Shown: positions 13,701-28,390 of the stretch, in pieces
How positions within the stretch are numbered: the first letter of the stretch is position 1
Layout of the letters: every line of letters starts with the position of its first letter
NCBI GenBank assembly: GCA_964016885.1
Contig: OZ024740.1
Coordinates: 3,286,001 to 3,350,000 of the forward strand
Direction: 5' to 3'
Origin: Eledone cirrhosa
Lineage: Eukaryota
Length of the DNA: 64,000 nucleotides
Position numbers and translations under genes: made by a program
The notes under the pieces: generated by a model
Told to the model about the DNA's origin: nothing
Databases searched by the model: none
What the model saw: only the letters and a program-made list of their open reading frames with translations

Positions 13701-16700
13701 AAACTACATAGATCAGACAACACAGGCAGTCCAAGTTATACCAAACTACATAGATCAGACAACACAGGGTGTCCAAGTTGTACCAAACTACATAGATCAG
13801 ACAACACAGGCAGTCCAAGTTGTACCAAACTAGATAAATCAGACAATACAGGCAGTCCAAGTTGTACCAAACTACATAGATCAGACAATACAGGCAGTCC
13901 AAGTTGTACCAAACTACATAGATCAGACAACACAGGCAGTCCAAGTTGTACCAAACTACATAGATCAGACAACATAGGCAGTCCAAGTTGTACCAAACTA
14001 CATAGATCAGACAACACAGGCAGTCCAAGTTGTACCAAACTAGATAGATCAGACAACACAGGCAGTCCAAGTTGTACCAAACTAGATAGATCAGACAATA
14101 CAGGCAGTCCAAGTTGTACCAAACTACATAGATCAGACAATACAGGCAGTCCAAGTTGTACCAAACTACATAGATCAGACAACACAGGCAGTCCAAGTTG
14201 TACCAAACTACATAGATCAGACAACACAGGCAGTCCAAGTAGTACCAAACTACATAGATCAGACAACACAGGCAGTCCAAGTTGTACCAAACTAGATAGA
14301 TCAGACAACACAGGCAGTCCAAGTTGTACCAAACTAGATAGATCAGACAACACAGGCAGTCCAAGTTGTACCAAACTAGATAGATCAGACAACACAGGCA
14401 GTCCAAGTTGTACCAAACTAGATAGATCAGACAACACAGGCAGTCCAAGTTGTACCAAACTAGATAGATCAGACAACACAGGCAGTCCAAGTTGTACCAA
14501 ACTAGATAGATCAGACAACACAGGCAGTCCAAGTAGTACCAAACTACATAGATCAGACAACACAGGCAGTCCAAGTTGTACCAAACTAGATAGATCAGAC
14601 AACACAGGCAGTCCAAGTAGTACCAAACTACATAGATCAGACAACACAGGCAGTCCAAGTTGTACCAAACTAGATAGATCAGACAACACAGGCAGTCCAA
14701 GTAGTACCAAACTACATAGATCAGACAACACAGGCAGTCCAAGTTGTACCAAACTAGATAGATCAGACAACACAGGCAGTCCAAGTTGTACCAAACTAGA
14801 TAGATCAGACAACACAGGCAGTCCAAGTTGTACCAAACTAGATAGATCAGACAACACAGGCAGTCCAAGTAGTACCAAACTACATAGATCAGACAACACA
14901 GGCAGTCCAAGTTGTACCAAACTAGATAGATCAGACAACACAGGCAGTCCAAGTAGTACCAAACTACATAGATCAGACAACACAGGCAGTCCAAGTTGTA
15001 CCAAACTAGATAGATCAGACAACACAGGCAGTCCAAGTTGTACCAAACTAGATAGATCAGACAACACAGGCAGTCCAAGTTGTACCAAACTAGATAGATC
15101 AGACAACACAGGCAGTCCAAGTTGTACCAAACTACATAGATCAGACAACACAGGCAGTCCAAGTTGTACCAAACTACATAGGTCAGACAACACAGGCAGT
15201 CCAAGTTGTACCAAACTATATAGATCAGACAATACAGGCAGTCCAAGTTGTACCAAACTACATAGATTAGACAACACAGGCAGTCCAAGTTGTACCAAAC
15301 TACATAGGTCAGACAACACAGGCAGTCCAAGTTGTACCAAACTACATAGGTCAGACAACACAGGCAGTCCAAGTTGTACCAAACTAGATACATCAGACAA
15401 TACAGGCAGTCCAAGTTGTACCAAACTAGATAGATCAGACAACACAGGCAGTCCAAGTTGTACCAAACTACATAGATCAGACAACACAGGCAGTCCAAGT
15501 TGTACCAAACTACATAGATCAGACAATACAGGCAGTCCAAGTTGTACCAAACTACATAGATCAGACAACACAGGCAGTCCAAGTTGTACCAAACTACATA
15601 GATCAGACAATACAGGCAGTCCAAGTTGTACCAAACTAGAAAGATCAGACAACACAGGCAGTCCAAGTTGTACCAAACTAGATAGATCAGACAATACAGG
15701 CAGTCCAAGTTGTACCAAACTACATAGATCAGACAACACAGGCAGTCCAAGTTGTACCAAACTACATAGATCAGACAACACAGGCAGTCCAAGTCGTACC
15801 AAACTAGATAGATCAGACAACACAGGCAGTCCAAGTTGTACCAAACTACATAGATCAGACAACACAGGCAGTCCAAGTTGTACCAAACTACATAAATCAG
15901 ACAACACAGGCAGTCCAAGTTGTACCAAACTACATAGATCAGACAACACAGGCAGTCCAAGTCGTACCAAACTAGATAGATCAGACAACACAGGCAGTCC
16001 AAGTTGTACCAAACTACATAGATCAGACAACACGGGCAGTCCAAGTTGTACCAAACTACATAGATCAGACAACACAGGCAGTCCAAGTCGTACCAAACTA
16101 CATAGATCAGACAACACAGGCAGTCCAAGTTATACCAAACTACATAGATCAGACAACACAGGGTGTCCAAGTTGTACCAAACTACATAGATCAGACAACA
16201 CAGGCAGTCCAAGTTGTACCAAACTAGAGAGATCAGACAATACAGGCAGTCCAAGTTGTACCAAACTACATAGATCAGACAATACAGGCAGTCCAAGTTG
16301 TACCAAACTACATAGATCAGACAACACAGGCAGTCCAAGTTGTACCAAACTACATAGATCAGACAACACAGGCAGTCCAAGTTGTACCAAACTACATAGA
16401 TCAGACAATACAGGCAGTCCAAGTTGTACCACACCAGATAGATCAGACAATACAGGCAGTCCAAGTTGTACCAAACTACATAGATCAGACAATACAGGCA
16501 GTCCAAGTTGTACCAAACTACATAGATCAGACAACACAGGCAGTCCAAGTTGTACCAAACTACATAGATCAGACAATACAGGCAGTCCAAGTTGTACCAA
16601 ACTAGATATATCAGACAACACAGGCAGTCCAAGTTGTACCAAACTAGATAGATCAGACAATACAGGCAGTCCAAGTTGTACCAAACTACATAGATCAGAC

Positions 16701-19700
16701 AATACAGGCAGTCCAAGTTGTACCAAACTACATAGATCAGACAACACAGGCAGTCCAAGTTGTACCAAACTACATAGATCAGACAACACAGGGTGTCCAG
16801 GTTGTACCAAACTACATAGATCAGACAACACAGGGTGTCCAAGTTGTACCAAACTACATAGATCAGACAACACAGGCAGTCCAAGTTGTACCAAACTACA
16901 TAGATCAGACAACACAGGCAGTCCAAGTTGTACCAAACTAGATAGATCAGACAACACAGGCAGTCCAGGTTGTACCAAACGACATAGATCAGACAACACA
17001 GGCAGTCCAAGTCGTACCAAACTACATAGATCAGACAACACAGGCAGTCCAAGTTATACCAAACTACATAGATCAGACAACACAGGCAGTCCAAGTTATA
17101 CCAAACTACATAGATCAGACAATACAGGCAGTCCAATTTGTACCAAACTACATAGATCAGACAACACAGGCAGTCCAAGTTGTACCAAACTACATAGATC
17201 AGACTACACAGCGTGTCCAGGTTGTACCAAACTACATAGATCAGACAACACAGGGTGTCCAGGTTGTACCAAACTACATAGATCAGACAACACAGGGTGT
17301 CCAAGTTGTACCAAACTACATAGATCAGACAACACAGGCAGTCCAAGTCGTACCAAACTAGATAGATCAGACAACACAGGCAGTCCAAGTTGTACCAAAC
17401 TACATACATCAGACAACACAGGCAGTCCAAGTTGTACCAAACTACATAGATCAGACAACACAGGCAGTCCAAGTCGTACCAAACTACATAGATCAGACAA
17501 CACAGGCAGTCCAAGTTATACCAAACTACATAGATCAGACAACACAGGCAGTCCAAGTTATACCAAACTACATAGATCAGACAATACAGGCAGTCCAAGT
17601 TGTACCAAACTACATAGATCAGACAACACAGGCAGTCCAAGTTGTACCAAACTACATAGATCAGACAATACAGGCAGTCCAAGTTGTACCAAACTACATA
17701 GATCAGACAACACAGGCAGTCCAAGTTGTACCAAACTACATAGATCAGACAATACAGGCACTCCAAGTTATACCAAACTACATAGATCAGACAACACAGG
17801 CAGTCCAAGTTATACCAAACTACATAGATCAGACAATACAGGCAGTCCAAGTTGTACCAAACTACATAGATCAGACAATACAGGCAGTCCAAGTTGTACC
17901 AAACTACATAGGTCAGACAATACAGGCAGTGCAAGTTGTACCAAACTACATAGGTCAGACAATACAGGCAGTCCAAGTTGTACCAAACTACATAGATCAG
18001 ACAACACAGGCAGTCCAAGTTGTACCAAACTACATAGATCAGACAATACAGGCAGTCCAAGTTGTACCAAACTACATAGATCAGACAATACAGGCAGTCC
18101 AAGTTGTACCAAACTACATAGATCAGACAACACAGGTAGTCCAAGTTGTACCAAACTACATAGATCAGACAATACAGGCAGTCCAAGTTGTACCAAACTA
18201 CATAGATCAGACAATACAGGCAGTCCAAGTTGTACCAAACTACATAGATCAGACAACACAGGCAGTCCAAGTTGTACCAAACTACATAGATCAGACAACA
18301 CAGGCAGTCCAAGTTGTACAAAACTACATAGATCAGACAATACAGGCAGTCCAAGTTGTACCAAACTACATAGAGCAGACAATACAAGCAGTCCAAGTTG
18401 TACCAAACTACATAGATCAGACAACACAGGCAGTCCAAGTTGTACCAAACTACATAGATCAGACAACACAGGCAGTCCAAGTTGTACCAAACTACATAGA
18501 TCAGACAACACAGGCAGTCCAAGTTGTACCAAACTACATAGATCAGACAATACAGGCAGTCCAAGTTGTACCAAACTACATAGATCAGACAACACAGGCA
18601 GTCCAAGTTGTACCAAACTACATAGATCAGACAACACAGGGTGTCCAAGTTGTACCAAACTACATAGATCAGACAACACAGGCAGTCCAAGTTGTACCAA
18701 ACTAGATAGATCAGACAATACAGGCAGTCCAAGTTGTACCAAACTACATAGATCAGACAATACAGGCAGTCCAAGTTGTACCAAACTACATAGATCAGAC
18801 AACACAGGCAGTCCAAGTTGTACCAAACTACATAGATCAGACAACACAGGCAGTCCAAGTAGTACCAAACTACATAGATCAGACAACACAGGCAGTCCAA
18901 GTTGTACCAAACTAGATAGATCAGACAACACAGGCAGTCCAAGTTGTACCAAACTAGATAGATCAGACAACACAGGCAGTCCAAGTTGTACCAAACTAGA
19001 TAGATCAGACAACACAGGCAGTCCAAGTTGTACCAAACTAGATAGATCAGACAACACAGGCAGTCCAAGTTGTACCAAACTACATAGATCAGACAATACA
19101 GGCAGTCCAAGTTGTACCAAACTACATAGATCAGACAATACAGGCAGTCCAAGTTGTACCAAACTACATAGGTCAGACAATACAGGCAGTGCAAGTTGTA
19201 CCGAACTACATAGGTCAGACAATACAGGCAGTCCAAGTTGTACAAAACTACATAGATCAGACAACACAGTCAGTCCAAGTTGTACCAAACTACATAGATC
19301 AGACAATACAGGCAGTCCAAGTTGTACCAAACTACATAGATCAGACAATACAGGCAGTCCAAGTTGTACCAAACTACATAGATCAGACAACACAGGTAGT
19401 CCAAGTTGTACCAAACTACATAGATCAGACAATACAGGCAGTCCAAGTTGTACCAAACTACATAGATCAGACAATACAGGCAGTCCAAGTTGTACCAAAC
19501 TACATAGATCAGACAACACAGGCAGTCCAAGTTGTACCAAACTACATAGATCAGACAACAAAGGCAGTCCAAGTTGTACAAAACTACATAGATCAGACAA
19601 TACAGGCAGTCCAAGTTGTACCAAACTACATAGAGCAGACAATACAGGCAGTCCAAGTTGTACCAAACTACATAGATCAGACAACACAGGCAGTCCAAGT

Positions 19701-22086
19701 TGTACCAAACTACATAGATCAGACAACACAGGCAGTCCAAGTTGTACCAAACTACATAGATCAGACAACACAGGCAGTCCAAGTTGTACCAAACTACATA
19801 GATCAGACAATACAGGCAGTCCAAGTTGTACCAAACTACATAGATCAGACAACACAGGCAGTCCAAGTTGTACCAAACTACATAGATCAGACAACACAGG
19901 GTGTCCAAGTTGTACCAAACTACATAGATCAGACAACACAGGCAGTCCAAGTTGTACCAAACTAGATAGATCAGACAATACAGGCAGTCCAAGTTGTACC
20001 AAACTACATAGATCAGACAATACAGGCAGTCCAAGTTGTACCAAACTACATAGATCAGACAACACAGGCAGTCCAAGTTGTACCAAACTACATAGATCAG
20101 ACAACACAGGCAGTCCAAGTAGTACCAAACTACATAGATCAGACAACACAGGCAGTCCAAGTTGTACCAAACTAGATAGATCAGACAACACAGGCAGTCC
20201 AAGTTGTACCAAACTAGATAGATCAGACAACACAGGCAGTCCAAGTTGTACCAAACTAGATAGATCAGACAACACAGGCAGTCCAAGTTGTACCAAACTA
20301 GATAGATCAGACAACACAGGCAGTCCAAGTTGTACCAAACTAGATAGATCAGACAACACAGGCAGTCCAAGTTGTACCAAACTAGATAGATCAGACAACA
20401 CAGGCAGTCCAAGTAGTACCAAACTACATAGATCAGACAACACAGGCAGCCCAAGTTGTACCAAACTAGATAGATCAGACAACACAGGCAGTCCAAGTAG
20501 TACCAAACTACATAGATCAGACAACACAGGCAGTCCAAGTTGTACCAAACTAGATAGATCAGACAACACAGGCAGTCCAAGTAGTACCAAACTACATAGA
20601 TCAGACAACACAGGCAGTCCAAGTTGTACCAAACTAGATAGATCAGACAACACAGGCAGTCCAAGTTGTACCAAACTAGATAGATCAGACAACACAGGCA
20701 GTCCAAGTTGTACCAAACTAGATAGATCAGACAACACAGGCAGTCCAAGTAGTACCAAACTACATAGATCAGACAACACAGGCAGTCCAAGTTGTACCAA
20801 ACTAGATAGATCAGACAACACAGGCAGTCCAAGTAGTACCAAACTACATAGATCAGACAACACAGGCAGTCCAAGTTGTACCAAACTAGATAGATCAGAC
20901 AACACAGGCAGTCCAAGTTGTACCAAACTAGATAGATCAGACAACACAGGCAGTCCAAGTTGTACCAAACTAGATAGATCAGACAACACAGGCAGTCCAA
21001 GTTGTACCAAACTACATAGATCAGACAACACAGGCAGTCCAAGTTGTACCAAACTACATAGGTCAGACAACACAGGCAGTCCAAGTTGTACCAAACTATA
21101 TAGATCAGACAATACAGGCAGTCCAAGTTGTACCAAACTACATAGATTAGACAACACAGGCAGTCCAAGTTGTACCAAACTAGATAGATCAGACAATACA
21201 GGCAGTCCAAGTTGTACCAAACTACATAGATCAGACAATACAGGCAGTCCAAGTTGTACCAAACTACATAGATCAGACAACACAGGCAGTCCAAGTTGTA
21301 CCAAACTAGATAGATCAGACAACACAGGCAGTCCAAGTTGTACCAAACTAGATAGATCAGACAACACAGGCAGTCCAAGTTGTACCAAACTAGATAGATC
21401 AGACAACACAGGCAGTCCAAGTTGTACCAAACTAGATAGATCAGACAACACAGGCAGTCCAAGTTGTACCAAACTAGATAGATCAGACAACACAGGCAGT
21501 CCAAGTAGTACCAAACTACATAGATCAGACAACACAGGCAGTCCAAGTTGTACCAAACTAGATAGATCAGACAACACAGGCAGTCCAAGTAGTACCAAAC
21601 TACATAGATCAGACAACACAGGCAGTCCAAGTTGTACCAAACTAGATAGATCAGACAACACAGGCAGTCCAAGTAGTACCAAACTACATAGATCAGACAA
21701 CACAGGCAGTCCAAGTTGTACCAAACTAGATAGATCAGACAACACAGGCAGTCCAAGTTGTACCAAACTAGATAGATCAGACAACACAGGCAGTCCAAGT
21801 TGTACCAAACTAGATAGTTCAGACAACACAGGCAGTCCAAGTAGTACCAAACTACATAGATCAGACAACACAGGCAGTCCAAGTTGTACCAAACTAGATA
21901 GATCAGACAACACAGGCAGTCCAAGTAGTACCAAACTACATAGATCAGACAACACAGGCAGTCCAAGTTGTACCAAACTAGATAGATCAGACAACACAGG
22001 CAGTCCAAGTTGTACCAAACTAGATAGATCAGACAACACAGGCAGTCCAAGTTGTACCAAACTAGATAGATCAGACAACACAGGCA
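10705..22086. repeat. Sub-domain B: repeated 21-unit cassette of G21 (TAGATAG) and A9 (GTAGTA) units
   Basis: Full copies lie at about 10705-11586, 11923-12804, 14233-15114 and 20113-20994. A shortened copy is at 21289-22086 and a truncated one at 18853-19062. I did not see the A9 variant outside this interval. Confidence 0.9.
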
Positions 22087-22549
22087 GTCCAAGTTGTACC
22101 AAACTACATAGATCAGACAACACAGGCAGTCCAAGTTGTACCAAACTACATAGGTCAGACAACACAGGCAGTCCAAGTTGTACCAAACTATATAGATCAG
22201 ACAATACAGGCAGTCCAAGTTGTACCAAACTACATAGATTAGACAACACAGGCAGTCCAAGTTGTACCAAACTACATAGGTCAGACAACACAGGCAGTCC
22301 AAGTTGTACCAAACTACATAGGTCAGACAACACAGGCAGTCCAAGTTGTACCAAACTAGATACATCAGACAATACAGGCAGTCCAAGTTGTACCAAACTA
22401 CATAGATCAGACAATACAGGCAGTCCAAGTTGTACCAAACTACATAGATCAGACAACACAGGCAGTCCAAGTTGTACCAAACTACATAGATCAGACAATA
22501 CAGGCAGTCCAAGTTGTACCAAACTAGAAAGATCAGACAACACAGGCAG

Positions 22550-25500
22550 TCCAAGTTGTACCAAACTAGATAGATCAGACAATACAGGCAGTCCAAGTTG
22601 TACCAAACTACATAGATCAGACAACACAGGCAGTCCAAGTTGTACCAAACTACATAGATCAGACAACACAGGCAGTCCAAGTCGTACCAAACTAGATAGA
22701 TCAGACAACACAGGCAGTCCAAGTTGTACCAAACTACATAGATCAGACAACACAGGCAGTCCAAGTTGTACCAAACTACATAGATCAGACAACACAGGCA
22801 GTCCAAGTTGTACCAAACTACATAGATCAGACAACACAGGCAGTCCAAGTCGTACCAAACTAGATAGATCAGACAACACAGGCAGTCCAAGTTGTACCAA
22901 ACTACATAGATCAGACAACACGGGCAGTCCAAGTTGTACCAAACTACATAGATCAGACAACACAGGCAGTCCAAGTCGTACCAAACTACATAGATCAGAC
23001 AACACAGGCAGTCCAAGTTATACCAAACTACATAGATCAGACAACACAGGGTGTCCAAGTTGTACCAAACTACATAGATCAGACAACACAGGCAGTCCAA
23101 GTTGTACCAAACTAGATAGATCAGACAATACAGGCAGTCCAAGTTGTACTAAACTACATAGATCAGACAATACAGGCAGTCCAAGTTGTACCAAACTACA
23201 TAGATCAGACAACACAGGCAGTCCAAGTTGTACCAAACTACATAGATCAGACAACATAGGCAGTCCAAGTTGTACCAAACTACATAGATCAGACAACACA
23301 GGCAGTCCAAGTTGTACCAAACTAGATAGATCAGACAACACAGGCAGTCCAAGTTGTACCAAACTAGATAGATCAGACAATACAGGCAGTCCAAGTTGTA
23401 CCAAACTACATAGATCAGACAATACAGGAGTCCAAGTTGTACCAAACTACATAGATCAGACAACACAGGGTGTCCAAGTTGTACCAATCTACATAGATCA
23501 GACAACACAGGCAGTCCAAGTTGTACCAAACTACATAGATCAGACAACACAGGCAGTCCAAGTTGTACCAAACTACATAGATCAGACAATACAGGCAGTC
23601 CAAGTTGTACCACACCAGATAGATCAGACAATACAGGCAGTCCAAGTTGTACCAAACTACATAGATCAGACAATACAGGCAGTCCAAGTTGTACCAAACT
23701 ACATAGATCAGACAACACAGGCAGTCCAAGTTGTACCAAACTACATAGATCAGACAATACAGGCAGTCCAAGTTGTACCAAACTAGATATATCAGACAAC
23801 ACAGGCAGTCCAAGTTGTACCAAACTAGATAGATCAGACAATACAGGCAGTCCAAGTTGTACCAAACTACATAGATCAGACAATACAGGCAGTCCAAGTT
23901 GTACCAAACTACATAGATCAGACAACACAGGCAGTCCAAGTTGTACCAAACTACATAGATCAGACAACACAGGGTGTCCAGGTTGTACCAAACTACATAG
24001 ATCAGACAACACAGGGTGTCCAAGTTGTACCAAACTACATAGATCAGACAACACAGGCAGTCCAAGTTGTACCAAACTACATAGATCAGACAACACAGGC
24101 AGTCCAAGTTGTACCAAACTAGAAAGATCAGACAACACAGGCAGTCCAAGTTGTACCAAACTAGATAGATCAGACAATACAGGCAGTCCAAGTTGTACCA
24201 AACTACATAGATCAGACAACACAGGCAGTCCAAGTTGTACCAAACTACATAGATCAGACAACACAGGCAGTCCAAGTCGTACCAAACTAGATAGATCAGA
24301 CAACACAGGCAGTCCAAGTTGTACCAAACTACATAGATCAGACAACACAGGCAGTCCAAGTTGTACCAAACTACATAGATCAGACAACACAGGCAGTCCA
24401 AGTTGTACCAAACTACATAGATCAGACAACACAGGCAGTCCAAGTCGTACCAAACTAGATAGATCAGACAACACAGGCAGTCCAAGTTGTACCAAACTAC
24501 ATAGATCAGACAACACGGGCAGTCCAAGTTGTACCAAACTACATAGATCAGACAACACAGGCAGTCCAAGTCGTACCAAACTACATAGATCAGACAACAC
24601 AGGCAGTCCAAGTTATACCAAACTACATAGATCAGACAACACAGGGTGTCCAAGTTGTACCAAACTACATAGATCAGACAACACAGGCAGTCCAAGTTGT
24701 ACCAAACTAGATAGATCAGACAATACAGGCAGTCCAAGTTGTACCAAACTACATAGATCAGACAATACAGGCAGTCCAAGTTGTACCAAACTACATAGAT
24801 CAGACAACACAGGCAGTCCAAGTTGTACCAAACTACATAGATCAGACAACATAGGCAGTCCAAGTTGTACCAAACTACATAGATCAGACAACACAGGCAG
24901 TCCAAGTTGTACCAAACTAGATAGATCAGACAACACAGGCAGTCCAAGTTGTACCAAACTAGATAGATCAGACAATACAGGCAGTCCAAGTTGTACCAAA
25001 CTACATAGATCAGACAATACAGGAGTCCAAGTTGTACCAAACTACATAGATCAGACAACACAGGGTGTCCAAGTTGTACCAAACTACATAGATCAGACAA
25101 CACAGGCAGTCCAAGTTGTACCAAACTACATAGATCAGACAACACAGGCAGTCCAAGTTGTACCAAACTACATAGATCAGACAATACAGGCAGTCCAAGT
25201 TGTACCACACCAGATAGATCAGACAATACAGGCAGTCCAAGTTGTACCAAACTACATAGATCAGACAATACAGGCAGTCCAAGTTGTACCAAACTACATA
25301 GATCAGACAACACAGGCAGTCCAAGTTGTACCAAACTACATAGATCAGACAATACAGGCAGTCCAAGTTGTACCAAACTAGATATATCAGACAACACAGG
25401 CAGTCCAAGTTGTACCAAACTAGATAGATCAGACAATACAGGCAGTCCAAGTTGTACCAAACTACATAGATCAGACAATACAGGCAGTCCAAGTTGTACC

Positions 25501-25650
25501 AAACTACATAGATCAGACAACACAGGCAGTCCAAGTTGTACCAAACTACATAGATCAGACAACACAGGGTGTCCAGGTTGTACCAAACTACATAGATCAG
25601 ACAACACAGGGTGTCCAAGTTGTACCAAACTACATAGATCAGACAACACA
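22550..25650. repeat. Tandem duplication, 38-unit period (1595 bp), marked by the GG-AG deletion
   Basis: C deletion after 23428 and after 25023 (38x42-1 apart). ACACCAG 23612/25207 and the ORF pair 23018..23422 / 24613..25017 share the same offset. Boundaries are approximate. Confidence 0.85.
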
Positions 25651-26649
25651 GGCAGTCCAAGTTGTACCAAACTACATAGATCAGACAACACAGGCAGTCC
25701 AAGTTGTACCAAACTACATAGATCAGACAACACAGGGTGTCCAGGTTGTACCAAACGACATAGATCAGACAACACAGGCAGTCCAAGTCGTACCAAACTA
25801 CATAGATCAGACAACACAGGCAGTCCAAGTTATACCAAACTACATAGATCAGACAACACAGGCAGTCCAAGTTATACCAAACTACATAGATCAGACAATA
25901 CAGGTAGTCCAATTTGTACCAAACTACATAGATCAGACAATACAGGCAGTCCAAGTTGTACCAAACTACATAGATCAGACAATACAGGCAGTCCAAGTTG
26001 TACCAAACTACATAGATCAGACAACACAGGCAGTCCAAGTTGTACCAAACTACATAGATCAGACAACACAGGCAGTCCAAGTTGTACCAAACTACATAGA
26101 TCAGACAACACAGGCAGTCCAAGTTGTACCAAACTACATAGATCAGACAAAACAGGCAGTCCAAGTTGTACCAAACTACATAGATCAGACAACACAGGCA
26201 GTCCAAGTTGTACCAAACTACATAGATCAGACAACACAGGGTGTCCAAGTTGTACCAAACTACATAGATCAGACAACACAGGCAGTCCAAGTTGTACCAA
26301 ACTAGATAGATCAGACAATACAGGCAGTCCAAGTTGTACCAAACTACATAGATCAGACAATACAGGCAGTCCAAGTTGTACCAAACTACATAGATCAGAC
26401 AACACAGGCAGTCCAAGTTGTACCAAACTACATAGATCAGACAACACAGGCAGTCCAAGTTGTACCAAACTACATAGATCAGACAACACAGGCAGTCCAA
26501 GTTGTACCAAACTAGATAGATCAGACAACACAGGCAGTCCAAGTTGTACCAAACTACATAGATCAGACAACACAGGCAGTCCAAGTTGTACCAAACTACA
26601 TAGGTCAGACAATACAGGCAGTCCAAGTTGTACCAAACTACATAGATCA

Positions 26650-28390
26650 GACAATACAGGCAGTCCAAGTTGTACCAAACTACATAGATCAGACAACACA
26701 GGCAGTCCAAGTTGTACCAAACTACATAGATCAGACAATACAGGCAGTCCAAGTTGTACCAAACTAGAAAGATCAGACAACACAGGCAGTCCAAGTTGTA
26801 CCAAACTAGATAGATCAGACAATACAGGCAGTCCAAGTTGTACCAAACTACATAGATCAGACAATACAGGCAGTCCAAGTTGTACCAAACTACATAGATC
26901 AGACAACACAGGCAGTCCAAGTTGTACCAAACTACATAGATCAGACAACACAGGCAGTCCAAGTTGTACCAAACTACATAGATCAGACAACACAGGGTGT
27001 CCAGGTTGTACCAAACTACATAGATCAGACAACACAGGGTGTCCAAGTTGTACCAAACTACATAGATCAGACAACACAGGCAGTCCAAGTCGTACCAAAC
27101 TAGATAGATCAGACAACACAGGCAGTCCAAGTTGTACCAAACTACATAGATCAGACAACACGGGCAGTCCAAGTTGTACCAAATTACATAGATCAGACAA
27201 CACAGGCAGTCCAAGTCGTACCAAACTACATAGATCAGACAACACAGGCAGTCCAAGTTATACCAAACTACATAGATCAGACAACACAGGGTGTCCAAGT
27301 TGTACCAAACTACATAGATCAGACAACACAGGCAGTCCAAGTTGTACCAAACTAGATAGATCAGACAATACAGGCAGTCCAAGTTGTACCAAACTACATA
27401 GATCAGACAATACAGGCAGTCCAAGTTGTACCAAACTACATAGATCAGACAACACAGGCAGTCCAAGTTGTACCAAACTACATAGATCAGACAACATAGG
27501 CAGTCCAAGTTGTACCAAACTACATAGATCAGACAACACAGGCAGTCCAAGTTGTACCAAACTACATAGATCAGACAATACAGGCAGTCCAAGTTGTACC
27601 AAACTAGAAAGATCAGACAACACAGGCAGTCCAAGTTGTACCAAACTAGATAGATCAGACAATACAGGCAGTCCAAGTTGTACCAAACTACATAGATCAG
27701 ACAATACAGGCAGTCCAAGTTGTACCAAACTACATAGATCAGACAACACAGGCAGTCCAAGTTGTACCAAACTACATAGATCAGACAACACAGGCAGTCC
27801 AAGTTGTACCAAACTACATAGATCAGACAACACAGGGTGTCCAGGTTGTACCAAACTACATAGATCAGACAACACAGGGTGTCCAAGTTGTACCAAACTA
27901 CATAGATCAGACAACACAGTCAGTCCAAGTCGTACCAAACTAGATAGATCAGACAACACAGGCAGTCCAAGTTGTACCAAACTACATAGATCAGACAACA
28001 CGGGCAGTCCAAGTTGTACCAAATTACATAGATCAGACAACACAGGCAGTCCAAGTCGTACCAAACTACATAGATCAGACATCACAGGCAGTCCAAGTTA
28101 TACCAAACTACATAGATCAGACAACACAGGGTGTCCAAGTTGTACCAAACTACATAGATCAGACAACACAGGCAGTCCAAGTTGTACCAAACTAGATAGA
28201 TCAGACAATACAGGCAGTCCAAGTTGTACCAAACTACATAGATCAGACAATACAGGCAGTCCAAGTTGTACCAAACTACATAGATCAGACAACACAGGCA
28301 GTCCAAGTTGTACCAAACTACATAGATCAGACAACATAGGCAGTCCAAGTTGTACCAAACTACATAGATCAGACAACACAGGCAGTCCAA
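26650..28390. repeat. Tandem duplication, 20-unit period (840 bp)
   Basis: Markers recur 840 bp apart: AAATTAC 27181/28021, TAGAAAG 26765/27605, GGGTGTCCAGG 26995/27835, ACATAGGC 27494/28334. Confidence 0.85.

Noticed and set aside
8635-19245. 3536-aa minus-strand ORF (CLCCLIYVVWYNLD)n and similar Cys-rich ORFs
   Set aside because: Pure translation of the 42-bp unit with no unique termini or domain. It overlaps equally repetitive ORFs in three other frames, and its ends are set by sporadic variants.
17810-23005. Minus-strand (PVLSDLCSLVQLGL)n ORFs resembling leucine-rich repeats or a leucine zipper
   Set aside because: The 14-aa period lacks the LxxLxLxxN LRR motif, and the frame is repeatedly broken by the common GTTATA variant (TAA on the minus strand).
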